Source: a virus (Duplodnaviria > Caudoviricetes). Taken from it: a stretch of DNA of 64,000 nt. The notes beneath the pieces are model-generated. The model saw only the letters and a program-made list of their open reading frames with translations. It did not search any database and had not been told where the DNA came from. The stretch covers positions 449-64,448 of IMG/VR virus record IMGVR_UViG_3300005989_000005; one strand, written 5' to 3'. A program made the translations under genes and the position numbers. Below are positions 1 to 8,445 of the stretch, piece after piece (the stretch's first letter is position 1; every line of letters starts with the position of its first letter).

Positions 1-124
1 TAGAGATGGCGGCCACACCAGTTGAATCTTCACCACGAAGAACATCGAGGTAAAGCATGTCATAAAAAGCCTTCTTAGCAGGTTCGGTCAAAACCTTTGA
101 GGCCACGCCAACAAGTCCGCAAAT
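1..124 (-). CDS. Class II (Ntn) glutamine amidotransferase, N-terminal part (runs off window start); apparent ATT start
   Basis: Minus strand reads (I/M)CGLVGVASKVLTEPAKKAFYDMLYLDVLRGEDSTGVAAIS, the CG-x-x-G...RG-x-DSTG GATase-II signature. SD AGGAGG lies 9 nt upstream of ATT at 124. Not in the ORF track. Confidence 0.85.
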   Translation of the reverse strand, partial: MCGLVGVASKVLTEPAKKAFYDMLYLDVLRGEDSTGVAAIS

Positions 125-142
125 GTTACTAACCCTCCTTTC

Positions 143-754
143 TTAGGTCAAAATAAATCGGTCGAGATAGTTGAAGTAGAGAACCTGACACTCATGGTTA
201 ATGTTTACATACTCAGCGTGTGGTTGATAGCATAGGCAGCTTGTGTCTGAATAGAACACAGCCTCAATGTCTGTACCAACACCTTCTACCATGATGGCAT
301 GTGTCTCTTTCTTCGTAGCAAGCTCTGCGACCAACAACACCTCTCCGTGATCAGCAGGGATCATCATCTGATGGTGTGTAGAGGTTACTTGCACAGGGCT
401 GTCAGAAAGTATGTCGTAGGCTTCGTGAGTGCCCCCTACAGCATGGTTGTTGACGTGCTGCCACATCTTCCCACCATTCTTGACATTGAGGAACTGAGCG
501 CCCCTACAGATGCCTGCCATGGGCACCTTACCCACCCACTCTTCATAGATGTGAGACTCTGTAGCATCACGACGAGGATTGCTGTACGTGCGGGGGTGTT
601 TAGGTTCTCCATAGTAAGAGGGGTCTACATCTTCTCCACCAGTAAACTGGATGAGGTCAATGTGTTCGTCAACATTATCAACAACAGTCCAACCTTGACG
701 AAGGAACATAGTAGCAATTGCGTAGTCGTTACCTACAATATAGACCTTAGGCAT
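143..754 (-). CDS. Class I glutamine amidotransferase / peptidase C26-like
   Basis: TGGEDVDP, GICRGAQ (nucleophile Cys), STHHQM, QPHAE (His-x-Glu). Start placed at MPKVY (754) after GGGAG. Confidence 0.9.
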   Translation of the reverse strand: MPKVYIVGNDYAIATMFLRQGWTVVDNVDEHIDLIQFTGGEDVDPSYYGEPKHPRTYSNPRRDATESHIYEEWVGKVPMAGICRGAQFLNVKNGGKMWQHVNNHAVGGTHEAYDILSDSPVQVTSTHHQMMIPADHGEVLLVAELATKKETHAIMVEGVGTDIEAVFYSDTSCLCYQPHAEYVNINHECQVLYFNYLDRFILT

Positions 755-1643
755 TGAGCAGCTCCCGAAGTTGTTGAATGACAGACACAAAGTCTTCCCG
801 GTCTTTATACTCAAACCCGGTGGAAGGGGCTTTACGGAAGATGTGGAAGTCTTGTTTGACAGCTTTGCTTACAGGACGAAGGGACTGTACCCTTTCACCA
901 AAAGCATCGGACTTATCGGTGCGCTTAGCCCAAAGGGCGTTAACACTGTCGCTTTCATACCCCTTGCAATCACAAAGCATGTTCTTACCTACGTTAGCAG
1001 GGGTGCCACGAAGGAAGTTACGTACATAGTCCTCTTGATAGTTAGAGGCATAGAACGTGGCATGACCACTGTAGTAACGAGAGAAGCTGATTGGGTAGAT
1101 TTTCTTGACATCAGACACATTGTACATGTGAGCGAAGAAGAAGGCTTCGTTTTCCGTGCAACCAATGTCGAGAAGCTCTTGGTAAGCAACGCAACGTTTC
1201 TGAATCTCATCTCCGCTGTAGGACTCAGTCATAAACCGAGACGCAATCATACCACTGACAATGAAGGAGGTGGGAAAGTTTGCATCAACAAGATGACCAT
1301 AGGTCAGGATGCTGTCAATGTCCTTGTCAACGAAGATGTCAGCCCAAGGGCTGCGTTTTACAAGCCAGTCAATAAAACGACGAAGCTTACCGTCAGAGAC
1401 GTGGGGCTTCATAACAGCACTGAGAATATACTTGATACCCCCCTTTTTGTCGAATGGGTAAGGAACCCTGCTGTCAAGATTGTAACCTTGAAGCCATCCG
1501 TGACAAGCCCAGCGACCTACTTTGACGTAGCCACCATCAGCTGTAATAATAGCGCCAAAAGCATTGTTGTCAGCAGAGCGAGCTTTTTGGTACGGGGCAG
1601 CGTCGTCTGCAAACCGCTTTCTTACTTCCATCAAATTAGTCAT
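747..1643 (-). CDS. Hypothetical protein in amide-ligase cluster
   Basis: 298-aa ORF coupled to both neighbours; no motif recognised. Confidence 0.7.
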   Translation of the reverse strand: MTNLMEVRKRFADDAAPYQKARSADNNAFGAIITADGGYVKVGRWACHGWLQGYNLDSRVPYPFDKKGGIKYILSAVMKPHVSDGKLRRFIDWLVKRSPWADIFVDKDIDSILTYGHLVDANFPTSFIVSGMIASRFMTESYSGDEIQKRCVAYQELLDIGCTENEAFFFAHMYNVSDVKKIYPISFSRYYSGHATFYASNYQEDYVRNFLRGTPANVGKNMLCDCKGYESDSVNALWAKRTDKSDAFGERVQSLRPVSKAVKQDFHIFRKAPSTGFEYKDREDFVSVIQQLRELLNA

Positions 1644-2161
1644 TACATCACCATTTGTGCATCGGGTGTGAGGGCGGGATGGACGTTAGCCCGAGCAAAA
1701 GCCCCAAACTTATCTCTAACAAAATTGTTATAAATCATAGCTGCATCTTCCTCTTTGTCAAACCTTCCAAGGTTTTGGACCTTCCCATCATACTTACAGT
1801 AAACTGCCCACTTGTTACGAGATTTATCCCAAGAAACACCTTTGTACTTAGAAGTGTGAATTTTACCTCTACCATTTCGTATGTTTTCTTGTCTTGTTGC
1901 GACTCTAAGGTTAGACAGTCTGTTATCTGATCTGTCACCGTTGATGTGGTCTACATCTCCGTCAGGCCACTCTCCATAAGTCATGTGCCAAATAACTCTG
2001 TGTGCTAAATAGATTTTACCAGCTACACCTATTTGTCTATAACCTTCTCCGTGAAGAGATGTTGCAACTTTTCCCCGAAACCTCTTGCAAACGCAAGAGG
2101 CATGTCTCCAAGTTAGCTTTCCTGTGTCTGGTTCGTACATCAAGTAATCATTAAAATTCAT
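1643..2161 (-). CDS. HNH homing endonuclease with AP2 domain
   Basis: AHRVIW...DVDHINGDRSDNRLSNLR followed by SKYKGVSW...LGRF AP2-like domain. Confidence 0.9.
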   Translation of the reverse strand: MNFNDYLMYEPDTGKLTWRHASCVCKRFRGKVATSLHGEGYRQIGVAGKIYLAHRVIWHMTYGEWPDGDVDHINGDRSDNRLSNLRVATRQENIRNGRGKIHTSKYKGVSWDKSRNKWAVYCKYDGKVQNLGRFDKEEDAAMIYNNFVRDKFGAFARANVHPALTPDAQMVM

Positions 2162-3033
2162 CTTACAACAATAGCCTCTGGTGTAAGTGCTACATGAATG
2201 AATTTCTTGTAACCACCACGTTCTGCAATGATAGGAATGCTATCTTTGCCGTTACGAACAATGTAATCAAAGGCCTTAGCCATACACTCTTGACGATAGG
2301 GAGAGGTCTGAGAGGGGGCAGAGTTGATTTCGAGGACATAGGGGCGTCCATCTGCGTCAACCATCACGTCTACAGCCCCAAAGTCAAGGCCAGAGAGCAC
2401 GAAAGCCTCTCGTGCCACACGGACAGTCTTGAGGGGCCATTCATCCCAACGGACATTGTCGAAGCGGCCACCACGAGCAACGTTCCATGCAATAGCTGCG
2501 GGGTCTGCTGGTGTCTTCTTAGCCACCCACACTACACGACCTTGAACGAAGATGACACGATATTCAGCCACCTTGGCAATATATTCAGAAGCATACCAAC
2601 CTGCACCACAACGAGCAATAGCTGCATCAAGCTCTGCACGATTGTTACACAGGTAGACATGACGACCCTGAGCATGTGTACGGGGACGAACAATTACAGG
2701 ATAGTTAGGCCCATCTTCAAGACCAGCCCCATACCCATAATCTTCTGTGAAGGTGTGAGGGCAGAGAAGCTTGTTACGGTCTTGAAGCACACCCTCTTGT
2801 TCCATCAACACCTTACGAAATCCCGCCTTATCATTCACACGATGAATGGCCTCTGCTGTGTTGACCACATTACGGCAATCAACATTGCTAGTGGTGCCCC
2901 AACGAAACACAAGGGACAGATCATCAGGGAGACGACGATCATTACGAACCACCTTGTCAATGAGGTCTGACTTAGCAACAAGGTGTTTAACACTGAGGCC
3001 AAGCTTAGGCCGACGAATAATGATAACAGTCAT
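2158..3033 (-). CDS. ATP-grasp ligase (RimK-like, phiEco32-type)
   Basis: INDKAGF-like segment, PVIVRP, EYRV, WNVARGGRF, LDFGAVDV, VLEINSAP. Start at MTVII. Confidence 0.9.
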   Translation of the reverse strand: MTVIIIRRPKLGLSVKHLVAKSDLIDKVVRNDRRLPDDLSLVFRWGTTSNVDCRNVVNTAEAIHRVNDKAGFRKVLMEQEGVLQDRNKLLCPHTFTEDYGYGAGLEDGPNYPVIVRPRTHAQGRHVYLCNNRAELDAAIARCGAGWYASEYIAKVAEYRVIFVQGRVVWVAKKTPADPAAIAWNVARGGRFDNVRWDEWPLKTVRVAREAFVLSGLDFGAVDVMVDADGRPYVLEINSAPSQTSPYRQECMAKAFDYIVRNGKDSIPIIAERGGYKKFIHVALTPEAIVVR

Positions 3034-3044
3034 GTGTTTTTCCT

Positions 3045-3272
3045 TTACATGTAGTCGTCTAGTGATTTTTCTGGAATCCAAAGCTTAAACCTAGAGGAGT
3101 CCCTTGCCGTTGCACAACCCTTATAGATAACAAAGTTCCACTCATCAGAAAACCCCGTTTCAGTATCTGAAACCTTTGCAGGCCAAGTAACATCAGGTTC
3201 AGCTATTTTTAGCTTTTCTATCTGGAAAGCGTCTGTCGGGACTACCCAATCCCCCACCTTAAACTTTGTCAT
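3045..3272 (-). CDS. Tagged microprotein 1 (FKVGDWV start, ends KSLDDYM)
   Basis: 75-aa ORF with shared C-terminal tag. Confidence 0.8.
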   Translation of the reverse strand: MTKFKVGDWVVPTDAFQIEKLKIAEPDVTWPAKVSDTETGFSDEWNFVIYKGCATARDSSRFKLWIPEKSLDDYM

Positions 3273-3280
3273 GATTGTTC

Positions 3281-3511
3281 CTATAGATAATCATCTAGGG
3301 ATTTATCTTCAACAGGGGCGCAATAGAAATACTCTTCCGCCCAAGACCACGGTGGATTGTGTTCAAACCTAATACCGCATCCGTCTACCTCTTTAACAAC
3401 AAAGACTTTGTCTGGGGAGATTCCTTTTTCTAACCATGTGCTGTCCCATGAGTTAGTTTTTAGGTGTTCAGGTTTTCTAAGAACCCTGTCTCCCACTTTA
3501 AAGGTAGTCAT
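3281..3511 (-). CDS. Tagged microprotein 2 (FKVGDRV start, ends KSLDDYL)
   Basis: 76-aa ORF with shared C-terminal tag. Confidence 0.8.
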   Translation of the reverse strand: MTTFKVGDRVLRKPEHLKTNSWDSTWLEKGISPDKVFVVKEVDGCGIRFEHNPPWSWAEEYFYCAPVEDKSLDDYL

Positions 3512-3743
3512 CTAGGTCTTTCTCCAAAACAATACGTTTCCACCTAGCCCCTCTTCCATTGTAACCAGTGTATCTCCACCCTGTATGAGTCCACCGCTCT
3601 AACTTCTTTTCCAGAACACGGTATCTCCCTCCAACACGGTACACAGTAGCATTCTGACTCACACAAATAAACTCCTGATTCTCTAACTCACCCTTGTCTT
3701 TTAGGAGGGACATCTGGTCATAGTCAATGTCATAAGTAGTCAT
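3498..3743 (-). CDS. Tagged microprotein 3 (ends KDLDDYL)
   Basis: 81-aa ORF with shared C-terminal tag. Confidence 0.8.
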   Translation of the reverse strand: MTTYDIDYDQMSLLKDKGELENQEFICVSQNATVYRVGGRYRVLEKKLERWTHTGWRYTGYNGRGARWKRIVLEKDLDDYL

Positions 3744-3954
3744 CTAGGTTCACCTCTACATCTTCAATGATGCGGATTTCTGAATTACGAAGAATGTCCT
3801 CCGTACCAACAACACGCCAAGGAAATATTCTGTCTATTGAAGCAGGGCCTCTATTCATCACCTGTATGACAGCCCCAACCTCAAAAGGTTGATGATGTTC
3901 ATCCATCATCTGCCCTTCATCATCTAACATCCCTAAGAAAACAGCTCTCTTCAT
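3730..3954 (-). CDS. Tagged microprotein 4 (ends VNLDDYL)
   Basis: Likely start MKRAV at 3954; shared C-terminal tag. Confidence 0.75.
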   Translation of the reverse strand: MKRAVFLGMLDDEGQMMDEHHQPFEVGAVIQVMNRGPASIDRIFPWRVVGTEDILRNSEIRIIEDVEVNLDDYL

Positions 3955-3986
3955 GTGACACCCTAAAAAATATTTTCCTGACCCCC

Positions 3987-4014
3987 TTGACAAGAGGTGA
4001 TTTCTGACTATATT
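3987..4014 (+). promoter_or_regulatory. TTGACA-N16-TATATT promoter-like motif, antisense to flanking genes
   Basis: Intergenic; same architecture as motifs at 32734-32761 and 60759-60786. Confidence 0.4.
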
Positions 4015-4039
4015 ATCTTAAGGGTTTGTTTAAAAAAAA

Positions 4040-4423
4040 TTATCCCACCCATTGATAATATCTATTATCTACTATATTACATAGACGTTGATGAGCTGGT
4101 GGTGTAGGCATCTCATAGATGAAGACTTCATGTTCTTCCCCATTAACCTCAGCTACAATCTTCGTACGTTGATACCAATCAGGATGTCCCTCTAGACGAT
4201 CACAACGAAGGACATTATCAATCCCCGCCTCGTAAACCTCTCCAATGATAGGAAGAAGAGGGAGACGTTCTGGATTGATGCTGTGAGGGACAGCCATAGG
4301 AAACCCACAATGGTAGAGGACATAGGGTTTACGAGAGATTGCTTTACCAATAAACTCTGCCCCCTCAAGGAGATGATTGTTCCAATGTCCTCGTTGGAGG
4401 GTGCCATATGTAAAGAGCTTCAA
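4040..4423 (-). CDS. Gamma-glutamylcyclotransferase (AIG2-like)
   Basis: LFTYGTLQRG, IIGEVY, DRLEGHPDWYQR. Confidence 0.92.
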   Translation of the reverse strand: MKLFTYGTLQRGHWNNHLLEGAEFIGKAISRKPYVLYHCGFPMAVPHSINPERLPLLPIIGEVYEAGIDNVLRCDRLEGHPDWYQRTKIVAEVNGEEHEVFIYEMPTPPAHQRLCNIVDNRYYQWVG

Positions 4424-4424
4424 A

Positions 4425-4925
4425 TTAGTCTCCTATTTTATTTAGTTTGGCGAACTCTTTGTATCTCTCTGCTGCTGCGAGATTATAGGCCAGCGCAGCT
4501 TCTTCTTCGGAGTTAAAAGTCCCCAGATGATCTTTATTAATACATGCACACCATTTCCCAGAGCTTTGTGATTTGTAAACCCCTCTGTATTTAGATGTAG
4601 AGCCTTTCCTAGAACCCCTATTTACACAGTTCTGTTTGCCAGTTGCCAGCCGCAGATTTTCGACCTTGTTGTTTGTCTCATCTCCGTCAATATGATCAAC
4701 CTCTTTGTCAGGCCACTCTCCGTAAACAAGTGCCCAAATTACTCTGTGTAAGGCATACTGCTTTCTTTTAAAAGCTACTTTAAAACAGTTAGTCGCCTTG
4801 TGGTACGAGCCTGCCTCTAATGAGGGTTTTCTTCCTATACCAGAGGATAACCAAAACAATTTACCTGATTCGTCATACCTAAAGGTAGCCCTCAACTCTT
4901 CAACACTACAACTCTCTTTTCTCAT
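4425..4925 (-). CDS. HNH homing endonuclease with AP2 domain
   Basis: LHRVIW...EVDHIDGDETNNKVENLR; SKYRGVY...HLGTF. Confidence 0.9.
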   Translation of the reverse strand: MRKESCSVEELRATFRYDESGKLFWLSSGIGRKPSLEAGSYHKATNCFKVAFKRKQYALHRVIWALVYGEWPDKEVDHIDGDETNNKVENLRLATGKQNCVNRGSRKGSTSKYRGVYKSQSSGKWCACINKDHLGTFNSEEEAALAYNLAAAERYKEFAKLNKIGD

Positions 4926-4954
4926 AATATACCATAAGCTTCATCTGTTGTCCT

Positions 4955-5194
4955 TTACATATATTCGTCTAGTTCTTTTTCTGACACGTAGATCACAAAG
5001 CTTGAAAAACTCCAAGAATCGGTTGGATGAACGCTGTGGAAAATGGGGTGTCCGTATACATTTATTTGAGTCACCTTAACTGGTGCAAAAGGGTGTAAAC
5101 CAACTTGTTTACAAGCTTCACACCACAACCTATTTCCAATAGATTCTTCATTAACCCTTACAACACTATCTCCTTCTTTAAATCTCTGCTTCAT
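4955..5194 (-). CDS. Tagged microprotein 5 (FKEGDSV start, ends KELDEYM)
   Basis: 79-aa ORF with shared tag. Confidence 0.8.
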   Translation of the reverse strand: MKQRFKEGDSVVRVNEESIGNRLWCEACKQVGLHPFAPVKVTQINVYGHPIFHSVHPTDSWSFSSFVIYVSEKELDEYM

Positions 5195-5385
5195 TACATG
5201 TACTCATCTAAAGATTTTGAGAGGGGTTTGAGGACTAAGTGTTGACTTTCTTGAGTCAAATCTTTTATATTGAGGATGCGTCTACGACCCTGTCCAGCAA
5301 TGAAAACGTAGTGAAAATCACGATGATGAAAAGATTTTATATAACGATAAGGGAACAGCTCGTTTTTGACACTGACTTCCATCAC
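5194..5385 (-). CDS. Tagged microprotein 6 (ends KSLDEYM)
   Basis: 63-aa ORF with shared tag; stop/start overlap. Confidence 0.8.
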   Translation of the reverse strand: MMEVSVKNELFPYRYIKSFHHRDFHYVFIAGQGRRRILNIKDLTQESQHLVLKPLSKSLDEYM

Positions 5386-5681
5386 ATATACTCCTCTAGC
5401 TCTTTATTCAGAGGTCCATTAACCACTTCTTGAAACAAAGCCTTAAGCTCCCCTGTTGGATCGCCCCTTTCCCAACCTTCGTAAAAGACGGCCCTCATTG
5501 TGGTATAGTGGTCTGGGAGACCTAAGTCTACCCCTGCCTCTGATAAGGCTATCCAATAAAATTCTATAATGTTTGTGGACTGGTCTAACACCGCTTTAAA
5601 AAGCGAGATAACATCAAAATCTTTTTGTCGGTGCGCGGTGAAACCTATTTGTTTCAAATAACCCAAAGCTAGAGGGTGCAT
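5382..5681 (-). CDS. Tagged microprotein 7 (ends KELEEYM)
   Basis: Likely start MHPLAL at 5681; shared tag. Confidence 0.75.
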   Translation of the reverse strand: MHPLALGYLKQIGFTAHRQKDFDVISLFKAVLDQSTNIIEFYWIALSEAGVDLGLPDHYTTMRAVFYEGWERGDPTGELKALFQEVVNGPLNKELEEYM

Positions 5682-5685
5682 CTTC

Positions 5686-5943
5686 TTAGACTTTCCAAAA
5701 AAGACGCAAACTCTCGTGAACAGCATTGAGGTTACGCCAACCAAAATATTCACAGGCTTCCTGATAAGCAGCCTCTCGTGCTTCAATCACATCGAAGGGG
5801 ATGAAGGTGTTAACAGCGTCTTCGTCTAACGCCCTCTGTGCCCTGTTAAGTTGGGCAGCAACGAGATTGAAATCAGAAGAGGGAGTTTCATCCTCCAAAT
5901 AGGCTTTCAACCCTTGGTCAGAAACATGGCTAAAATCGCTCAT
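5686..5943 (-). CDS. Hypothetical early protein
   Basis: 85-aa acidic ORF with SD GAGG. Confidence 0.65.
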   Translation of the reverse strand: MSDFSHVSDQGLKAYLEDETPSSDFNLVAAQLNRAQRALDEDAVNTFIPFDVIEAREAAYQEACEYFGWRNLNAVHESLRLFWKV

Positions 5944-6031
5944 AGAGGGCCTCTCTGTGTTTTAGGTGGGGTAGGTAGGGAAAGGGGCCTAACAACGCTG
6001 TAAGGCCCCTCCCAGCTCGTCTACGGGCCTA

Positions 6032-6406
6032 TTAACGCTTGCCTTTACCTTTACCCTTGTGCTTGTCGTAGTTTTTGTCGTCGCTTTCACACCCATTGCC
6101 TTCGTCAACAGGCTCTTCCTCAGCGGGAGGGGCAACGGCTACGGCACTCAGTGCAGCCAGATCAAAGCCAGCCCCGCCAACATCCGGGCAGGTGGCATTG
6201 TTACGATAGAGGACAACGCCCTCTTCATTCACAACGTCGATGAATGCGGTGGCATCACACCCGGTGTCACGATAGCCGTTTTCTTCGTGAGCGGGGAAGG
6301 TTTGAACAACGTCTTTCAGTCCTGCTTTGAAGTCGTCAAAGACGCCAGCATTTGCAGTGGTAGCAACGAACATCGCAAAAGAAGCTGCGAGAACGGTCTT
6401 AATCAT
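6032..6406 (-). CDS. Secreted/periplasmic protein
   Basis: Signal peptide ending A-N-A; Cys residues; acidic then basic tail. Confidence 0.7.
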   Translation of the reverse strand: MIKTVLAASFAMFVATTANAGVFDDFKAGLKDVVQTFPAHEENGYRDTGCDATAFIDVVNEEGVVLYRNNATCPDVGGAGFDLAALSAVAVAPPAEEEPVDEGNGCESDDKNYDKHKGKGKGKR

Positions 6407-6505
6407 GTGTAGTCTCCATTAAAAGGGAATTTCCTGCCTATCGCAGGTAGTTAGAGCCTAAGCCCTAATTAGCTGTGATAGGAAGAGGGCATTTCTGCCC
6501 CCTCC

Positions 6506-6862
6506 TCATTCCTTAAGCTTATCAAGTTGAACGTTGAGGATTTCTTTCAAGTCAGACATAATCTCCTTAGCCTCAGGGGTGTTGACAACCATTTCCCCTG
6601 CCTCTGATGCAGCAATTAGGTAGATGGTATCAGTGGAAGGAATAAGGGCAGCAAAGGTCATTGAAAAAACAAAAACCCAAGGCACAAACCAAAAGGTTTT
6701 TGCAAACTCTTTTTCTGCTGTGTTATATCTGTCATCGCCCATAATCTTGCAAGCCCCCCAAAAGAGACTGGAGATGGCGAAGATAAAAGCTATGATAATT
6801 AACACACCTTGTAAATTACTAATTACATCCGCAAGATAGAGAAACCAAGAAAGACTGTTCAT
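6506..6862 (-). CDS. Phage membrane protein
   Basis: Two hydrophobic helices; MNSLSWFLYLADV...IPS..TIYLIAASE pattern. Confidence 0.75.
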   Translation of the reverse strand: MNSLSWFLYLADVISNLQGVLIIIAFIFAISSLFWGACKIMGDDRYNTAEKEFAKTFWFVPWVFVFSMTFAALIPSTDTIYLIAASEAGEMVVNTPEAKEIMSDLKEILNVQLDKLKE

Positions 6863-6873
6863 ATCAATTTTCC

Positions 6874-7101
6874 TTAAGCTGTGGGACGAATACCTTCTTC
6901 GTCTTTGTGATGAACGTTACGCCACACCATGTCATATGCTGTGCCGTTGTGAGCGTAGTAGAGAGAGGGCCAACACCATCCCGGAGTCATAATACGGGTG
7001 TGCATGTATTTCCCGAAAGACTCTTTGGTGAAGATGGAAGGGTCGCTATTGTAACGCCTCCACATTTTAGTGAGCTTGTCTTGGTCAACCTTTGTTTTCA
7101 T
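6874..7101 (-). CDS. Hypothetical early protein
   Basis: Start MKTKV after GAGAGGGAG; the longer ORF would overlap the tRNA. Confidence 0.6.
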   Translation of the reverse strand: MKTKVDQDKLTKMWRRYNSDPSIFTKESFGKYMHTRIMTPGWCWPSLYYAHNGTAYDMVWRNVHHKDEEGIRPTA

Positions 7102-7133
7102 CTCCCTCTCCTGTGAAAGCTTGCTTGAAAGAT

Positions 7134-7212
7134 TGGTGCCCGTGGTGGGAGTCGAACCCACACTGTAGTCATTTTAAGTGACTTGCCTCCTTACCATTTG
7201 GGCTACACGGGC
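7134..7212 (-). tRNA. trnL: tRNA-Leu(UAA), short variable arm
   Basis: Acceptor GCCCGTG/CACGGGC, anticodon arm AGTCA-CTTAAAA-TGACT, T arm GTGGG-TTCGACT-CCCAC, A73, encoded CCA; 79 nt. Confidence 0.92.
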
Positions 7213-7218
7213 TAAAGC

Positions 7219-7506
7219 TTAACCATTTGGAGGAAGACGTTCCTCAATATCTTGCCAATTGTCACCAGCAACAGCAACACAAGACACACCATTAGGCCCT
7301 GTAGACACAAGGGTCCATGTCCCTGTGTCTGGGTTGACAAACACTTGAATGATCCCGTTCTCGTTATTTACCATACCAATGGCTACACGGCTTTCTTGGT
7401 AGTTGTCACGAAGAAGCTGCTCAAGCTGCTGTGTCTCATAGCACTCCTGAGCGTGTGCTGTGGATGATAGGAGCAAAAGGCTCACACCGACGAGAAGGGG
7501 TTTCAT
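7219..7506 (-). CDS. Secreted protein of a family I associate with Rhodobacterales
   Basis: Signal peptide (AHA-QEC), C...L...Y.E...G...GTWT...G.SC..G..W pattern. Confidence 0.7.
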   Translation of the reverse strand: MKPLLVGVSLLLLSSTAHAQECYETQQLEQLLRDNYQESRVAIGMVNNENGIIQVFVNPDTGTWTLVSTGPNGVSCVAVAGDNWQDIEERLPPNG

Positions 7507-7595
7507 AGGAACACCCATCTTAGAAAATCCGCTACAATTGTGTAGCCCAACAGGACAGAAATAGCAAAGTTTTGCCAATCCTCTTCGGTTTTCAT
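7503..7595 (-). CDS. 30-aa membrane peptide MKTEEDWQNFAISVLLGYTIVADFLRWVFL
   Basis: ATGA overlaps at both ends; hydrophobic. Confidence 0.55.
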   Translation of the reverse strand: MKTEEDWQNFAISVLLGYTIVADFLRWVFL

Positions 7596-7774
7596 TCTTT
7601 CTCTCCAATCAATTCACTGATTGCCTCAAGGGTTGAAGTCAAACAATGGAGCAGGAACACGAGGAGGATGACCCCAAGGGCCACAACATCTTCGTTATAC
7701 CACGCTTGATACGCAAGATAAATCCCAAGGGGGAATTGAAAGAAACCTAGCCAGACAAAGAAACGTTCCATCAC
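7592..7774 (-). CDS. Small membrane protein
   Basis: Two hydrophobic segments; coupled. Confidence 0.65.
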   Translation of the reverse strand: MMERFFVWLGFFQFPLGIYLAYQAWYNEDVVALGVILLVFLLHCLTSTLEAISELIGEKE

Positions 7775-7932
7775 ATCCTCATTTTAATCTTACCAATCGC
7801 ATAGGCAACAGCCATAGGCCAAAAGGTGATGAACAGAAGTGAATGCCACCAACGCCATTGGAGGCTTTCTGTGTTAGCGCCATTGAAGCCAATGCCAACC
7901 ATTACGTAGATGGCAATGAAGAACCAACCCAT
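7771..7932 (-). CDS. Small membrane protein
   Basis: MGWFFIAIY...LLFITFWP; TGATG overlap. Confidence 0.65.
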   Translation of the reverse strand: MGWFFIAIYVMVGIGFNGANTESLQWRWWHSLLFITFWPMAVAYAIGKIKMRM

Positions 7933-8252
7933 CACAGCTTCTCCATCACACAAGAGAACACATCCACCTCACCGTCTACGATGTTGTAGGTGATTTTGTG
8001 GGTTGCATAATTATCAGTATGCTTGTCAAAGACCCAACCATAAGAATAAAGACCCCCTACAAGAGAGACTTTCTCAATTACAGGCATTTTCTTGCGACGA
8101 TAGGTCGCTGAGAGCGACCAGAGAGGGTTCATCCTCTCAGACCAAATACCATTGTCGTAGATTTCCCAAGGCTTCTCAGCCTTAAGAATTTTCTTTTCCT
8201 CGTCCGTGAGAAGGCCAAAGGGAATGCGATTGGTGAATGGACAGAAAGTCAT
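7932..8252 (-). CDS. Hypothetical protein (N..PFGLL..EE motif)
   Basis: Start MTFCP, TAATG overlap. Confidence 0.7.
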   Translation of the reverse strand: MTFCPFTNRIPFGLLTDEEKKILKAEKPWEIYDNGIWSERMNPLWSLSATYRRKKMPVIEKVSLVGGLYSYGWVFDKHTDNYATHKITYNIVDGEVDVFSCVMEKL

Positions 8253-8329
8253 TAATATAACGCCCCCATAATGAGGAACACCCATCCGATTGCCCCAAGG
8301 ATGATTACAGGCACAAGCCAATGTGTCAT
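8252..8329 (-). CDS. 25-aa membrane peptide MTHWLVPVIILGAIGWVFLIMGALY
   Basis: Coupled on both sides. Confidence 0.55.
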   Translation of the reverse strand: MTHWLVPVIILGAIGWVFLIMGALY

Positions 8330-8445
8330 TTTACATTCCCATCTGAAAGAAGATCAGCATATTTGAATAGGTAGCAAATGCCCATGATGCTGCCATACCC
8401 AATCAACCACACAAGAGTGTCATGCCACATACCAAGGCTCCACAT
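8326..8445 (-). CDS. 39-aa membrane peptide
   Basis: MWSLGMWHDTLVWLIGYGSIMGICYLFKY...; ATGA overlap. Confidence 0.5.
   Translation of the reverse strand: MWSLGMWHDTLVWLIGYGSIMGICYLFKYADLLSDGNVK

Noticed and set aside
299-3088. Long plus-strand ORFs (299-757, 771-1733, 2194-2970) and similar antisense ORFs throughout
   Set aside because: They mirror well-supported minus-strand genes and show no motifs or SD context; treated as shadow ORFs.
3045-5681. CRISPR-like or integron attC array explaining the repeated gene ends
   Set aside because: The repeats are short, degenerate at synonymous positions, coding and non-palindromic; no cas or integrase genes.
6417-6505. TAAAAGGGAA resembling a cobalamin riboswitch core, tempting given nrdJ
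   Set aside because: It is antisense to the genes and lacks the other B12-element segments; it reads better as intergenic hairpins.
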